Source: Oculina patagonica (taxonomy: Eukaryota). From it: a stretch of DNA of 64,000 nt. The position numbers and the translations under genes are program-made. The stretch is from positions 14,880,001-14,944,000 of the forward strand of contig NC_135767.1 in NCBI RefSeq assembly GCF_052425735.1. Direction: 5' to 3'. The notes below the pieces were generated by a model. The model had not been told where the DNA came from and searched no databases. It saw nothing but the letters and a program-made list of their open reading frames with translations. Below, in pieces: positions 1 to 10,659 of this stretch. Positions within the stretch are counted from its first letter, which is position 1, and every line of letters starts with the position of its first letter.

Positions 1-84
1 GAAAGCTGCTCTTACACTTTAAGTCTCCTAATAAAATAAAACCTGTCGGAGAGTTCCGGACTGTAGCTGCGAGTAACTTGTGTA

Positions 85-498
85 CCGTATTTATTCGATT
101 AAACGCCGCGCGGTTTATTATTTTTTTTCGCGATTCGAGTGCGGCGTTTATTCGAGAGCGGAGTTTATACGATGGCGGCGTTTCTTAAAAATTCAGCTTA
201 TTTTTTTGCTAACAATAGCATGGTTGACAACTGAAAATTTGAGTTTAAAAAACAAAAAATGTTTTAGTGCTTCTCTAAAAAAGTCATTTTTGATAGCTTT
301 TAACATTGTTACAATCAAGGAAAACATTATTAGGCTTCCTCAAACTTGATTTTTACTGAGTTTGCTTTTTGACCCTATTAATGGAATAAACGCCGCATTA
401 TGATGCGGCGTTTATTCGAGGGCGGCTTTTATTAATATTTCTACCATTATGTGCGGCGTCTGATCTATTCGAGGGGGCGTTTAATAGAATAAATACGG
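85..498. mobile_element. Tc1/mariner-pogo-type MITE (CCGTATTT...AAATACGG), TA TSD
   Basis: TA|CCGTATTTATTCGATTAAACGCC ... GGCGTTTAATAGAATAAATACGG|TA; internal repeats of (g)cggcgtttattcga; related termini at 6673 and 17182. Confidence 0.85.
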
Positions 499-826
499 TA
501 TATATATATGAAAATTCAATCAACCTAGTGGGTAACGGTGCGTGACATAACCGTAAGCGAAAAGGCGGACTAATGCAAACAACAAATCTGGCAGCGAGCG
601 GAAATAGCGAGTCGAAGCTATCAATAAAGAAGACAGATGGTGTTTTTTTTTTTCTTGTATCTCAGTATTTTCTTTTTCAGCACGAAACTTACCTTTGTTA
701 TAGCATTCATTCAAAGTTTACTACGATAATAAAAAATCAACTGACATTTACGATCGCGCAAGACATTAAACATCTAATCTGCGCCGTAAACTATACTGCC
801 GTTATTTACGTCAATAGACTCTGGCC

Positions 827-991
827 AATAGCCCAATTTCGATATATTAAAATTCAGCCTAAAACAATAGTCCTCAGGACGAGACTCCGGGACCAATTTA
901 TAGAGTTTGTGGGGTTTATTCCCCGGAGCCTCGTCCTGAGGTCTATTGTTTTAGGCTGAATTTTAATATATCGAAAAAATTTTGGGCTATT
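827..991. repeat. Short hairpin (foldback) MITE
   Basis: aatagcccaatttcgatatattaaaattcagcctaaaacaatag...ctattgttttaggctgaattttaatatatcgaaa...gggctatt: near-perfect ~70 bp arms. Confidence 0.8.
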
Positions 992-2590
992 AGTGTCGAT
1001 TCCGACCGGGCAACCTTGGGCAAGTCAATTGATATCACTGTGTAAGCGTGAGGTTCATTAACTATACCAATACCTTTTACCTAAATACCTATAAATATTT
1101 CACCTATACCTATACCGTTATGAATGATAATAATTCACCTGTACGTTTACCCAAACCTAAACCTATACCCTCACGGGGCATATCTTTTTCCATGGTATAC
1201 CACTTATGATAATGAGTTTGATCCTTAATATGCTAAGTCCGGATTATTCCGGGATTTGGAGGAAAGGCCATTCAACCACCTATGACATCACCAACTTACA
1301 CGTCAGAAGATTTTTGTGACGTGCAACTTATAGTGTTTGGATAGATTTTTCCACAGGAATGTCCGTCTTGACTACTGACTGCATTCTGACAGAGCTAATC
1401 ATAAAAAACGCGATCAGTTTTTGGTGTAAAATTGGAGCTAAAACATGCAGGCCAATATACCCGTACTTGATCATGGTCTCCTTTCCAGGGCTTTCCATTG
1501 ATTAAGATCAAAACTTTACAGGCCTGTAGAAGAGGTGCACAAAGTAAAAGATAAAGACAATAAGAAAGAAGAGAAAAACGAAAAGGAAAGGAGCAAGGAA
1601 AAAAGTCGGAACAGTTCAGCAAAAAAAAAAATTGGCTTATGCGCATGCGCCAAGTAAAATGTTGTACATTTTTACAAGGAAATTGCATCAAAAACCTACT
1701 GCAGAGAAAGTTAGGACAGTAGAGCCAAGAAAATCGATTAACGTTTAAAAAAACCTGTTTTTGGAGAAATTTCAGCATATTAAGGGTTAAAACAAAAGAA
1801 AATAACGTTTGGTCCAAGGATAAATTTGAACCACATCATATGTACATGTTTTGTTGTTGTTGTGGTTGTTATGTGTGTTTTTTTTAACAGGAGTTCACTG
1901 TTTTTTTAACTGCCAAGTATTTGTATCTTTTCCACTACTCAGTCATATTGAATATTTATTTGACCATCCCCCTGTAGCCATCCATCTGACTGTTCTGATT
2001 CCAGTTTGTAGTGCCACAGACTAAACGTTCCTCCCGTTCTTTTAATTCAGAAAACTGCTTTCTTTATGATACCATTGCAAAACTAATTTATCTGTATTGA
2101 GTGAATATTTCTCATATACAATTGCCCAGACTTCCATGGCTAAGTAGAGCAATTAAAACTCCGTCGGTCGGCAGGATGCATCATCGAAACATTTTCTTTT
2201 CACAAATTAAAAGTCAAATATGGGCGACGGTATCAGATTTGTTTTTGTCCTGTAGTTCCGCGATAATTAGGTGTTCTGTCATTCCGCATTCAGTCTAAGG
2301 AACCCCTCATGTTATTTGAAGTTTTCGCATGCTTGACGAACATGTGCCTCGTTATGATGACTGCGCTATCTTTTCAGCTGTTCTCACAGCCTAACAAACT
2401 TTAGGAACTGTTTCACAGTAATCCTCAACCGTACCTTGCGTCCATTCAATTGTTCGAACAAATAAAACGTTGACATTTTGGATTAACGTCTCTATCGATT
2501 GAACGAACTGCCATCTGTTTTCGAAAGCCAATATAACTCACTCGTTGTTTGCTCTGACGCGCTTAATTGAAATTATTCGAATTCTGAATC

Positions 2591-2732
2591 AATTTTCGTG
2601 GTTCATTTAGCGACTGTGACTTTGGTCTACTTAAACTCATCTCTGAACCCGATTCTTTACTGTTGGAAGATAAAAGAGGTGAGACAAACGGTTAAGGACA
2701 CGATCAGACAGTTTTGCTGTTTGTGTAATTAA
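2591..2732 (+). pseudogene. GPCR 3' fragment (TM7-helix 8 only)
   Basis: Translates to ...[41 protein letters not shown]; no upstream TM1-6 sequence visible. Confidence 0.85.
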
Positions 2733-3736
2733 TCCTGTGTGACCAAATGACAATTCAACGAATGGAGTATAGTTTAAGCGATATTCTTGGCGTGCCAAAA
2801 GCCGCGAATGATTATTTTTTGTGATATGCATTATGGTTCGAAACACTGGTATCAAGAAACAAACCTTAGGGAAGGAGAATTTTTCTATTGTCTTACTAAA
2901 GCAAATAATTTTATTACAAGGCCATTTCAGCACGCTTAGTCGGCTTCCACTTTAAAATGGGCAAATGGCCTTACAGAAAGTAACTGCTTTGTTTGCTGTT
3001 GAATAAAACTTCTTTTACAGATCCGGAATGCGTTGTTCTGTAATTACATTAGCTGAAGGGTATCTTTAGCCAAATTAGTCTAAATGGCAATAAGTGGGAT
3101 AGCAATAACAAGTAACTGCCATCTTCTCTAAATAAGTTGTATTTGAATATTGTATATAATTAAAAAAGAGAAAATAAAGCATTTTTAACGAACCCGCAAG
3201 CACTGTAGTGCAATTCCGAATCAGTTAGCGCCGTATTATTACAGGGGTTTGCAAAGTTTCACCTGGCCTTTATTTCAATATGCGATGATTTCAAAGATAG
3301 CATGATGAGTGGTCATTTAAATATGACGTAAGCTAGCCAGGGCATGGTAATTATTAGGTCCTGCTTTCATTTCTTAAGCTATACGAGTTATGTTAGCCCT
3401 TCAATTCGGCAGCAAAGAATAATTAATCTCAAAGAGTTAAAATACATAAGGGCAGTCACACCACGACAGCACTGCAAGACAGCAAACGATTTAACAAACA
3501 CATTTGACGTCTTAAGCTACAACATTAACTAAATGCAAGGCTTGAACTCATGCCTGTAGATAATGAAATACAAACAGCACTCGGGGATAACTAAATATGA
3601 AATGTTACCGGATATTGTTCTGTCAATCATCCATCGGACAGAAACTAAAACTACAGTTGCAAATACTGTAGTCTTCTCATCTACAAAACTACTTTGTGCA
3701 GCAAACAAACTGAAGAAGCTTTACTACCAAGAGCAA

Positions 3737-3957
3737 ATGGCGAACTTTAGTTTGAGAATCGGAAACTGTACAAGTGTGTTGAACCAAACAAAGCACAGAA
3801 TCGTGGACAGCAGGCGAACCTTTATTATTTTCTGCTTCGAACATTTCTCTATCCATCACCGCATCACTAGGCAATACTCTGATCCTCATTGCTTTTCATA
3901 AAGATTCTTTTCTTCAACCGCCAACAAAACTTTTGCTGCGATACATGGCGTTCACTG
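3737..3957 (+). pseudogene. GPCR 5' fragment (N-terminus to TM2), frameshifted and truncated
   Basis: atggcgaactttagtttg...aaccaaacaaagcacagaatcgtgg...ccaacaaaacttttg...ggcgttcactg matches paralog 5' ends; preceded by the family upstream cassette (~3230-3736). Confidence 0.85.
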
Positions 3958-4483
3958 TTTGCTTTTGATAATGGGTTCTCTATAATGATGTCCAACGGTG
4001 TATCAGAAAGCAAATATCATTTTTGCTAATGCAATCAAATGTATCCTACATGTCTGTACTGCATTGTTCTTTAATTACACAGTACAGAAGAGAATCAATT
4101 TAGTCAAATTGGGCTAAATGAGAATTATGTGGGAAAGCATTCATAGAAAACGATGATTCCTTTAAAAATGTTCTGTTATAATTTACAAACAGAATTTACC
4201 TAACTAAGAAGCACTGATGAGCACTAAAAAGCGTCGTATTATTATAGGCCTGAGTTCAATTAATAACTAAAAATTTTCATTTCAAGATCTGAAACGATCG
4301 CGTCAGAGGCAGGTGGTTTGGGGAAGCTTCTCGTGCCTTTTTAACTAAAATTTGTTTTCTAGCTGACAGCTCGGTGTTTCATAAAGTGGCGGATCCTATA
4401 AAGACGTAAATAGTATCGCGGCACTTTTATAATCTCTTTGAAACTCAAGCGTACTTGTGCGTTATGTAACTGAAGTGAGTCGA

Positions 4484-5362
4484 ATGGCCAACTCAGCTAT
4501 AGACGAAAACTACACAAGCGAGCTGAACCAAACAAGCACATCAACATGGCTTACAGGCACAGCTGCTTTTCTTACAGCATTGAACATCTTTCTATCATTC
4601 ACCGCATCACTGGGCAATGCTCTTATCCTTGTCGCTCTTCATAAAGAGACTTCTATTCATCCTCCCACCAAACTTTTGTTCAGATGTTTGGCGGTCACTG
4701 ATCTTTGTGTTGGACTTATTACACAACCGATCTTTGCATTTTTAATTATTGCTTTATTCAGTGGTAAAATTATAAACGAAGAAGATCTTAACAATCTCTA
4801 CGAAGGAGCAAGAATTTCAAACGCTATGTTGGGTGGGATTTCAATCTTAATATCAACCGCAATAAGTGTGGACAGGCTTCTCGCCCTCTTGCTGGGTTTA
4901 AGATACAGACATATTGTAACTTTGAGACGAACTCGTGCAGTTACATTTTGCATCTTTGTAATTGGTGTTTCATGTGGAGCTGTGTATTTTTGGAGTGAAA
5001 GTATTTTCTGGATTACAGGCAATGTAATAGGAGTACTTTTTGTTTTAATCTCAATTATTTCCTACACGAAGATTTACTTAACATTACGACAACATCAAGC
5101 TCAAGTACAAGGCCATGTTCACCAAGGCCAACCGACCGGTGAAGGAATTCCACTTAATATAGAACGATACAAGAAGACAGTGTCCAGCATAGCATGGGTG
5201 CAGTTTGCGTTAGTTGTTTGTTATGCTCCATTTCTTGTTGTGTCTATACTTTTCAAAATATATTCGAATCAAATATCAGTTTTCATGGTTTATCTTGCTA
5301 CGGCAACTCTAGTCTACTTAAACTCATCTCTGAACCCGATTCTCTACTGTTGGAAGATCTAA
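4484..5362 (+). CDS. Intronless class A GPCR (subtype C), truncated by AAA->TAA right after NPILYCWKI; ancestral frame continues to TAG at 5410
   Basis: 7 hydrophobic segments, GN (TM1), LAVTD (TM2), SVDR (TM3), CYAP (TM6), NPILY (TM7). After the stop the frame reads EVRQAAKDTIRRLCC*. ATG at 4484 matches the paralog starts. Confidence 0.85.
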   Translation: MANSAIDENYTSELNQTSTSTWLTGTAAFLTALNIFLSFTASLGNALILVALHKETSIHPPTKLLFRCLAVTDLCVGLITQPIFAFLIIALFSGKIINEEDLNNLYEGARISNAMLGGISILISTAISVDRLLALLLGLRYRHIVTLRRTRAVTFCIFVIGVSCGAVYFWSESIFWITGNVIGVLFVLISIISYTKIYLTLRQHQAQVQGHVHQGQPTGEGIPLNIERYKKTVSSIAWVQFALVVCYAPFLVVSILFKIYSNQISVFMVYLATATLVYLNSSLNPILYCWKI

Positions 5363-6254
5363 GAAGTAAGACAGGCAGCGAAAGACACGATCAGACGGCT
5401 TTGCTGTTAGTGCAGTTTATTTGTTTGGCCAAACTACAATACGCTCTTTGGAAAGAAAATTAAAGCGATCGATATTTGTGATATTCAGAGGACCAAGAAT
5501 CATCATCATCATAATCATCATGATGTTAAAAAAACACACGATAGATCGCTTTGTAACGTTTAAATATGATCTCGATAAAAGAAGAATAGTGTTTCAAAAG
5601 AAATAAATGCCTGGCAAATTAACTTTATGGGATGTAAATCAAGAAAAGCATTTAGAGAAGGAGTATATTTTTATTTTCTTAAGCGAATATTTCAAGGCCA
5701 TTCAAGCTTAGCAGGCTGGTACTGAATAATGGGCTCTCTATGATGTTATCCAACTTAATGTATCAGAAATTAATTATTGTTTGCTTATGCAATAAAATGT
5801 ATCCTACAGATCCGGAATGCATTGTTATTTAATTACACAGTACAGAAGAGAATCAGTTTTGTCAAATTGGGTTAAATGAGAATTATGTGGGAAAACATTC
5901 ACAATAAATGATGATTTCTCTAATATGTTTAAAATTTTCTGTTATAATTTACACACAGGTTTCCTTTATCTAACTGGGAGCACTGGTGTTTAAAGCGCCG
6001 TATTATTACAGGCCTGAGCTCGAGTTCGATAACTTCAATTTTTCCTTTCAAGATCTGAAACGATCGCGTTAGGGGCAGGTGGTTTGGGAAAGCTTTATCG
6101 TGCCTTTTTAACTAAAAGTTGTTTTACCGCTAATAACTAATGTCGGTTTTTCATAAAGAGGCGGATCTGACAAAGTCGTAAATAGTATCGCGGTACTTTT
6201 AAAATCTCTTCGAAACCCAAGCGTATTTGTGCGTTATAACTGAAGTGGGTCAGA

Positions 6255-7328
6255 ATGGTGAACTCAACTGTAGACGAAAACTTCACAAGCGAGCTGAACC
6301 AAACAAGCACCTCAACATGGCTTAGCAGGCACAGCTGTTTTTCTTACAGCCTTGAACATCTTTCTATCCATCACCGCATCACTGGGCAATGCTTTGATTC
6401 TCGCGTTGCTCTTCGTAAAGAGACTTCTATTCATCCTCCAACCAAACTTTTGTTCAGATGTCTGGCGGTCACTGATCTTTGTGTTGGACTTAGTTCACAA
6501 CCGATCTTTGCATTTTTAATTATTGCTTCATTCAGTGGTAAAATTATAACCGAAGATGATCTTAACCAGAACGGAGAATGAACTCCGCTAAACATCACCA
6601 CGATACAAAAAGTCAGTTTTCAGCATAGCATGGGTATAGTTAGCACCAGTCGTCTGCTATGCTCCGTACATACCGTATTTTCTCGATTAAACGCCGGACC
6701 TCGATTAAACGCCGGCCTCGTATAAACGCCGGGTCAAAGTTGCTAGTTTTTAAAATAAACGCCGGGGGCGTTTGTTCGAGGTCCCGGCGTTTATTTGAGG
6801 TCAAGCTAACAAGTAAATCTGATTCTGTTTGTCACAAATCTTGATTGCAACATAAACTATTCAATCCGTAATAACAGTGTAATAATGTAACCTTGGGTAA
6901 TAATCACCTTTGGATACCCAGGGACAGTTTTTCGAGGAAGAACGAAGAGAAAAATCGTCCCGCCTTGACAAAATGCCCCTTGGTCTCAAAGATCGGTAAC
7001 AATAAATCAATCTGACAAATAGGCAGAAAATTGCAGTCCTTTAATAAACGCCGGGCCCCGATTAAACGCCGGCTTCAAATAAACGCCGGGTTTACCAAGC
7101 CAAGTTTGAAATAAACGCCGGGGGCGTTTAATTGAGAAAATACAGTAACTGTGTCTTTATTCAGATTAAATATCACATGTTGTATAGAAAATTAATTTTC
7201 GTGCTCTTTTTAGCTACGGTAACTTTTGTTTCCTTTAACTCATCTCTGAACCCGACTTTTTACTGTTGGAAGATCAAAGAAGTGAGACAAGCAGTGAAGG
7301 ATTCAGTAAGGCAGTTTTGCTTTTTGGG
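6255..7328 (+). pseudogene. Chimeric GPCR pseudogene (5' subtype C, 3' subtype A), TM3-TM5 deleted, MITE inserted in TM6
   Basis: 6255-6567 is near-identical to the 4484 gene but frameshifted; it then jumps to ICL3/TM6 (cgatacaaaaagtcagttttcagcatagcatgggta). After the MITE it resumes ...[38 protein letters not shown]. Confidence 0.85.
6673..7145. mobile_element. Tc1/mariner-pogo-type MITE with TA TSD inside GPCR pseudogene
   Basis: TA|CCGTATTTTCTCGATTAAACGCC...GGCGTTTAATTGAGAAAATACAG|TA; subterminal taaacgccgg repeats; GPCR homology is continuous across the site. Confidence 0.9.
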
Positions 7329-7748
7329 TACTCGAAAAAGTTTTGTACGGGGAGGCTCCGCCCGGAGATCGAACCCCTTACCCTTTTATATACCATTTTG
7401 ATAGAAAAGGTACCCCTTTTGTATACCTTTTATTGCAAAAAGGCACCCCTTTCATATACCTACACGACATCACTTTTACCTAAAACAGGAAGATTTCTTG
7501 TCATTTTTATGTAGCGCTTAATAAATTAAGACGATACAGCCAAAAGTTGCGTCTGCTCGAAATATTTAATGTAAAGGCCTTTCAAAATATCATTATGGCA
7601 GATTTCCCTACCCTTTCATATACCTAAATTTGTGAAATCCCTACCCTTTTATATACCTGGAGCCTGAAAAAAGTACGCCTTTCGGGCGGAGCCTCCCCGT
7701 ATAGGCCATTATAGGGAGTATCCCCTCCCCCCCACCCCCCTCCCCGGG
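7326..7748. mobile_element. Non-autonomous inverted-repeat element (MITE)
   Basis: tacggggaggctccgccc ... gggcggagcctccccgta inverted pair; internal repeats of acccttttatatacc. Confidence 0.65.
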
Positions 7749-8696
7749 TCCACGTCTTCAGAAGATGTAATTTTACGTGTGTATATTAGATTACTTAGAA
7801 ATGACCACTGGTACTACAAGCTAAGTTATTGCATTGACCAATAAAATTTCCCGTTAAAAAAGGGCGAGGGCTTTAGATGCTTTCTTTAACAAACTTGTGT
7901 ATAATTTTTTAAGACTTTATTTTGCAATAAACTCATTATGTATACTACTGACACATTTGTCACTTTGCAAATAAGCAATATCTCATAATAGTCAGTCTGG
8001 AATCTTCTCCAAGTCATGGGTATACATATGAAAACCCTTCTCCACATAATGGTTCAGCAGATATCGTTATTCGGGTTGGGGCGCGGCAAATCAATAAATA
8101 TACAATGCGGTGTCTTTAAAAACCTATATTATATGCGTATATTTTCAAAACGAAACACGGAACACGCAGAAAACAACACACACTCAGCGGGGACAGTGGT
8201 TCAACATTATCCTCCCTTAAGCTGTTTTTTTTTTTTTCCGCGGTTTCTTTAGAATGCGTCAATGTTACATGGTACGCTATCCCCAACACTTTAGCAAGTT
8301 CAATAGCAGTCAGTCTCGAATGTTCTCCAACTCACTGATATACATATAAAAACCTTTCTACAGGAAATGAATCAGCAGATGCCATTATTCAGGTTTGGGC
8401 AAAGCAATGAATATACAATGAGGCGTTTTTGAAAACCTATATTATATGCATAAATTATAAACCGCAACATGGAAAAGAAACCGCAACAAGGAACACACGG
8501 GAAACAAAACACATTCAGAAGGGACAGATCGTTCAAACGTTTTTCGCGGTTTCTTTAGAATGTGTCTATAGTCCATGGCAGGTTACCCCCAATATTGTAG
8601 AAATTTCAATAAGTATGCACCTCTACACCCGTTTACACTTTTAGGTAGAGAGAGCAGTTTGGCATGAAACCAACGTAACTCTACAAACAATAAACA

Positions 8697-8841
8697 NNNN
8701 NNNNNNNNNNNNNNNNNNNNNNNNNNNNNNNNNNNNNNNNNNNNNNNNNNNNNNNNNNNNNNNNNNNNNNNNNNNNNNNNNNNNNNNNNNNNNNNNNNNN
8801 NNNNNNNNNNNNNNNNNNNNNNNNNNNNNNNNNNNNNNNNN
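8697..8841. other. Assembly gap (N run) inside an upstream cassette
   Basis: 145 consecutive N. Confidence 1.
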
Positions 8842-9259
8842 TTTGACAGATCAAAGATAGATGATCAATTATCGCAGGCTAGCGTTGGCGTAATTAGGTT
8901 CTTCTTTCATTACTTTGTGAGCTGCGTCAGGTCCTTTCATTAGTCAGCAAAGAATAGAATTAATCTAAAAGAGATAAGACAGATCTATGTAGCCATACGA
9001 CGACATCAAATATACACTGACGGCCTAACGCTACAACATGCTCTAAATGCATGGTTTAACGACGTGCGTTAAGTAAGTTAGGTTCAGACACAAGCGGCAT
9101 GTCAAAGACAATTTTACATGAAATATACTTGATATTTATCCGTAAATCATTGATTAGGCGGAAACTAAAACTGCAGTTATAAATATAATACTGTAGTCTT
9201 GTCATCTAGAAATTACTTTGTGTACGGAAGAAACTGAAGAAGTACTGACGACCAAGAAC

Positions 9260-10186
9260 ATGGCCAACTCTACTTCGGGATACGGAAACTACACAAGCGA
9301 GATAAACCAAACAAGCAAAGAATCATGGCCAGAAGGCGTACTCGTATTTCTTTCAGCCTTGAACATTTTTCTATCCGTCACCGCAACACTGGGCAATACT
9401 CTCATCCTTGTAGCTCTCCATAAAGAGTCTTCTCTTCATCCACCAACAAAACTCCTTTTTCGATGCCTGGCAGTCACTGACCTTTGTGCTGGACTTATAT
9501 CACAGCCACTATTCGCTGTCGCTCTTATAGGGCGTATAATTAAGATGAACTACCTCGACGAAGTCGACGAAGGATACATTGTTACAGCCTTTACTTTGTG
9601 CGGAATATCCATTTTAACATTGACAGCAATAAGCGTGGATAGACTTCTCGTTCTCTTGCTGGGTTCGAGATACAGACATGTTGTAACATTGAGACGAACT
9701 CGTGCAGTTATAGTTTGTTCCTTTGCAATCTGTGCTCTATGTGGATCGATGCATTTTTGGAGTACTCGTATTGCCTGGGTCGCAATTATTGTATTTGCTG
9801 TACTTTGCCTTATAACTACAACCTTCACTTACACAAAGATTTACTTAACATTACGACAATATCAGCCTCAAGTACAAAACCATGTTTACCAAGGCCGACC
9901 GAACGTAGAAAGAACTTCACCGAACATTGCACGATACAAAAAGACAGTTTCTAGCGTAGCATGGGTACAGTTAGCTCTAGTCTCTTGCTATGCTCCGTAT
10001 ATTATTGTATCTTTGCTCAGATTTAATATGTCACATGGAAGATTACTGTTCGTGTTCTATCTAGCTACGGTAACTCTAGTCTTTTTCAACTCATCTCTGA
10101 ACCCGATTCTCTATTGTTGGAAGATCAAAGAAGTGAGACAAGCAGTGAAGGACACGATCAGACAACTTTGCTGTTCCTTTAGTTAA
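9260..10186 (+). CDS. Intronless class A GPCR, subtype A (308 aa), intact
   Basis: N-terminal sequons NST/NYT/NQT, GN, LAVTD, SVDR, CYAP, NSSLNPILY, C-terminal CC; ATG context aacATGGCC shared with paralogs. Confidence 0.93.
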   Translation: MANSTSGYGNYTSEINQTSKESWPEGVLVFLSALNIFLSVTATLGNTLILVALHKESSLHPPTKLLFRCLAVTDLCAGLISQPLFAVALIGRIIKMNYLDEVDEGYIVTAFTLCGISILTLTAISVDRLLVLLLGSRYRHVVTLRRTRAVIVCSFAICALCGSMHFWSTRIAWVAIIVFAVLCLITTTFTYTKIYLTLRQYQPQVQNHVYQGRPNVERTSPNIARYKKTVSSVAWVQLALVSCYAPYIIVSLLRFNMSHGRLLFVFYLATVTLVFFNSSLNPILYCWKIKEVRQAVKDTIRQLCCSFS

Positions 10187-10659
10187 TTAATTATCTATTC
10201 TAAGCGGAAAAACTAAACAGTCATCTTCTATAAGTTTTGTATAAAGCTCAGCCCCAAAAATATGAAAACTTCAATAAAAGAACCTCCAAGTCTAATTTCT
10301 GCATGTATAGATTTTTTCCTACGGTCACTGACTTTAGTAATGGCTAAGGATAAGCCGACCCGAAACATAACATACAGTTTTGTTTGTAAATATCTTTGGG
10401 GCTGTAAAACATTCTCAAGTCTCTAGAAAGTTCTTATTCGTGACTGAATCTAGGATTGGCTGAAAGATCCTTGCGGAAAAAATTGATGAAAATTAATTTA
10501 AAAAGTTAAAAATTAATTAAATTAAAAAACTAAATATTCAAATGAGAAAAAATGACACTAATGCCATGTGGTAAAATGGCTTTAAAAAAACGTATTATTA
10601 CCGTTAACCTCCTGCGACACAATTTTAGTCTGCACAGGAGCATTACCAAAGCCAGGTGT

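Noticed and set aside
1060-1200. Degenerate (TACCTA)n tract
   Set aside because: Low-complexity decayed microsatellite with no further structure
9218-9259. Upstream TTG/GTG starts in the ORF track (4457, 9218, 40080, 44381, 55370)
   Set aside because: Eukaryotic locus; the conserved ATG GCC AAC-type start aligns across paralogs
9260-10186. Naming the receptors as adenosine, melanocortin, histamine or TAAR orthologs
   Set aside because: Only generic class A motifs are present, and there is no Asp3.32. Orthology needs phylogeny, so no gene symbol is given
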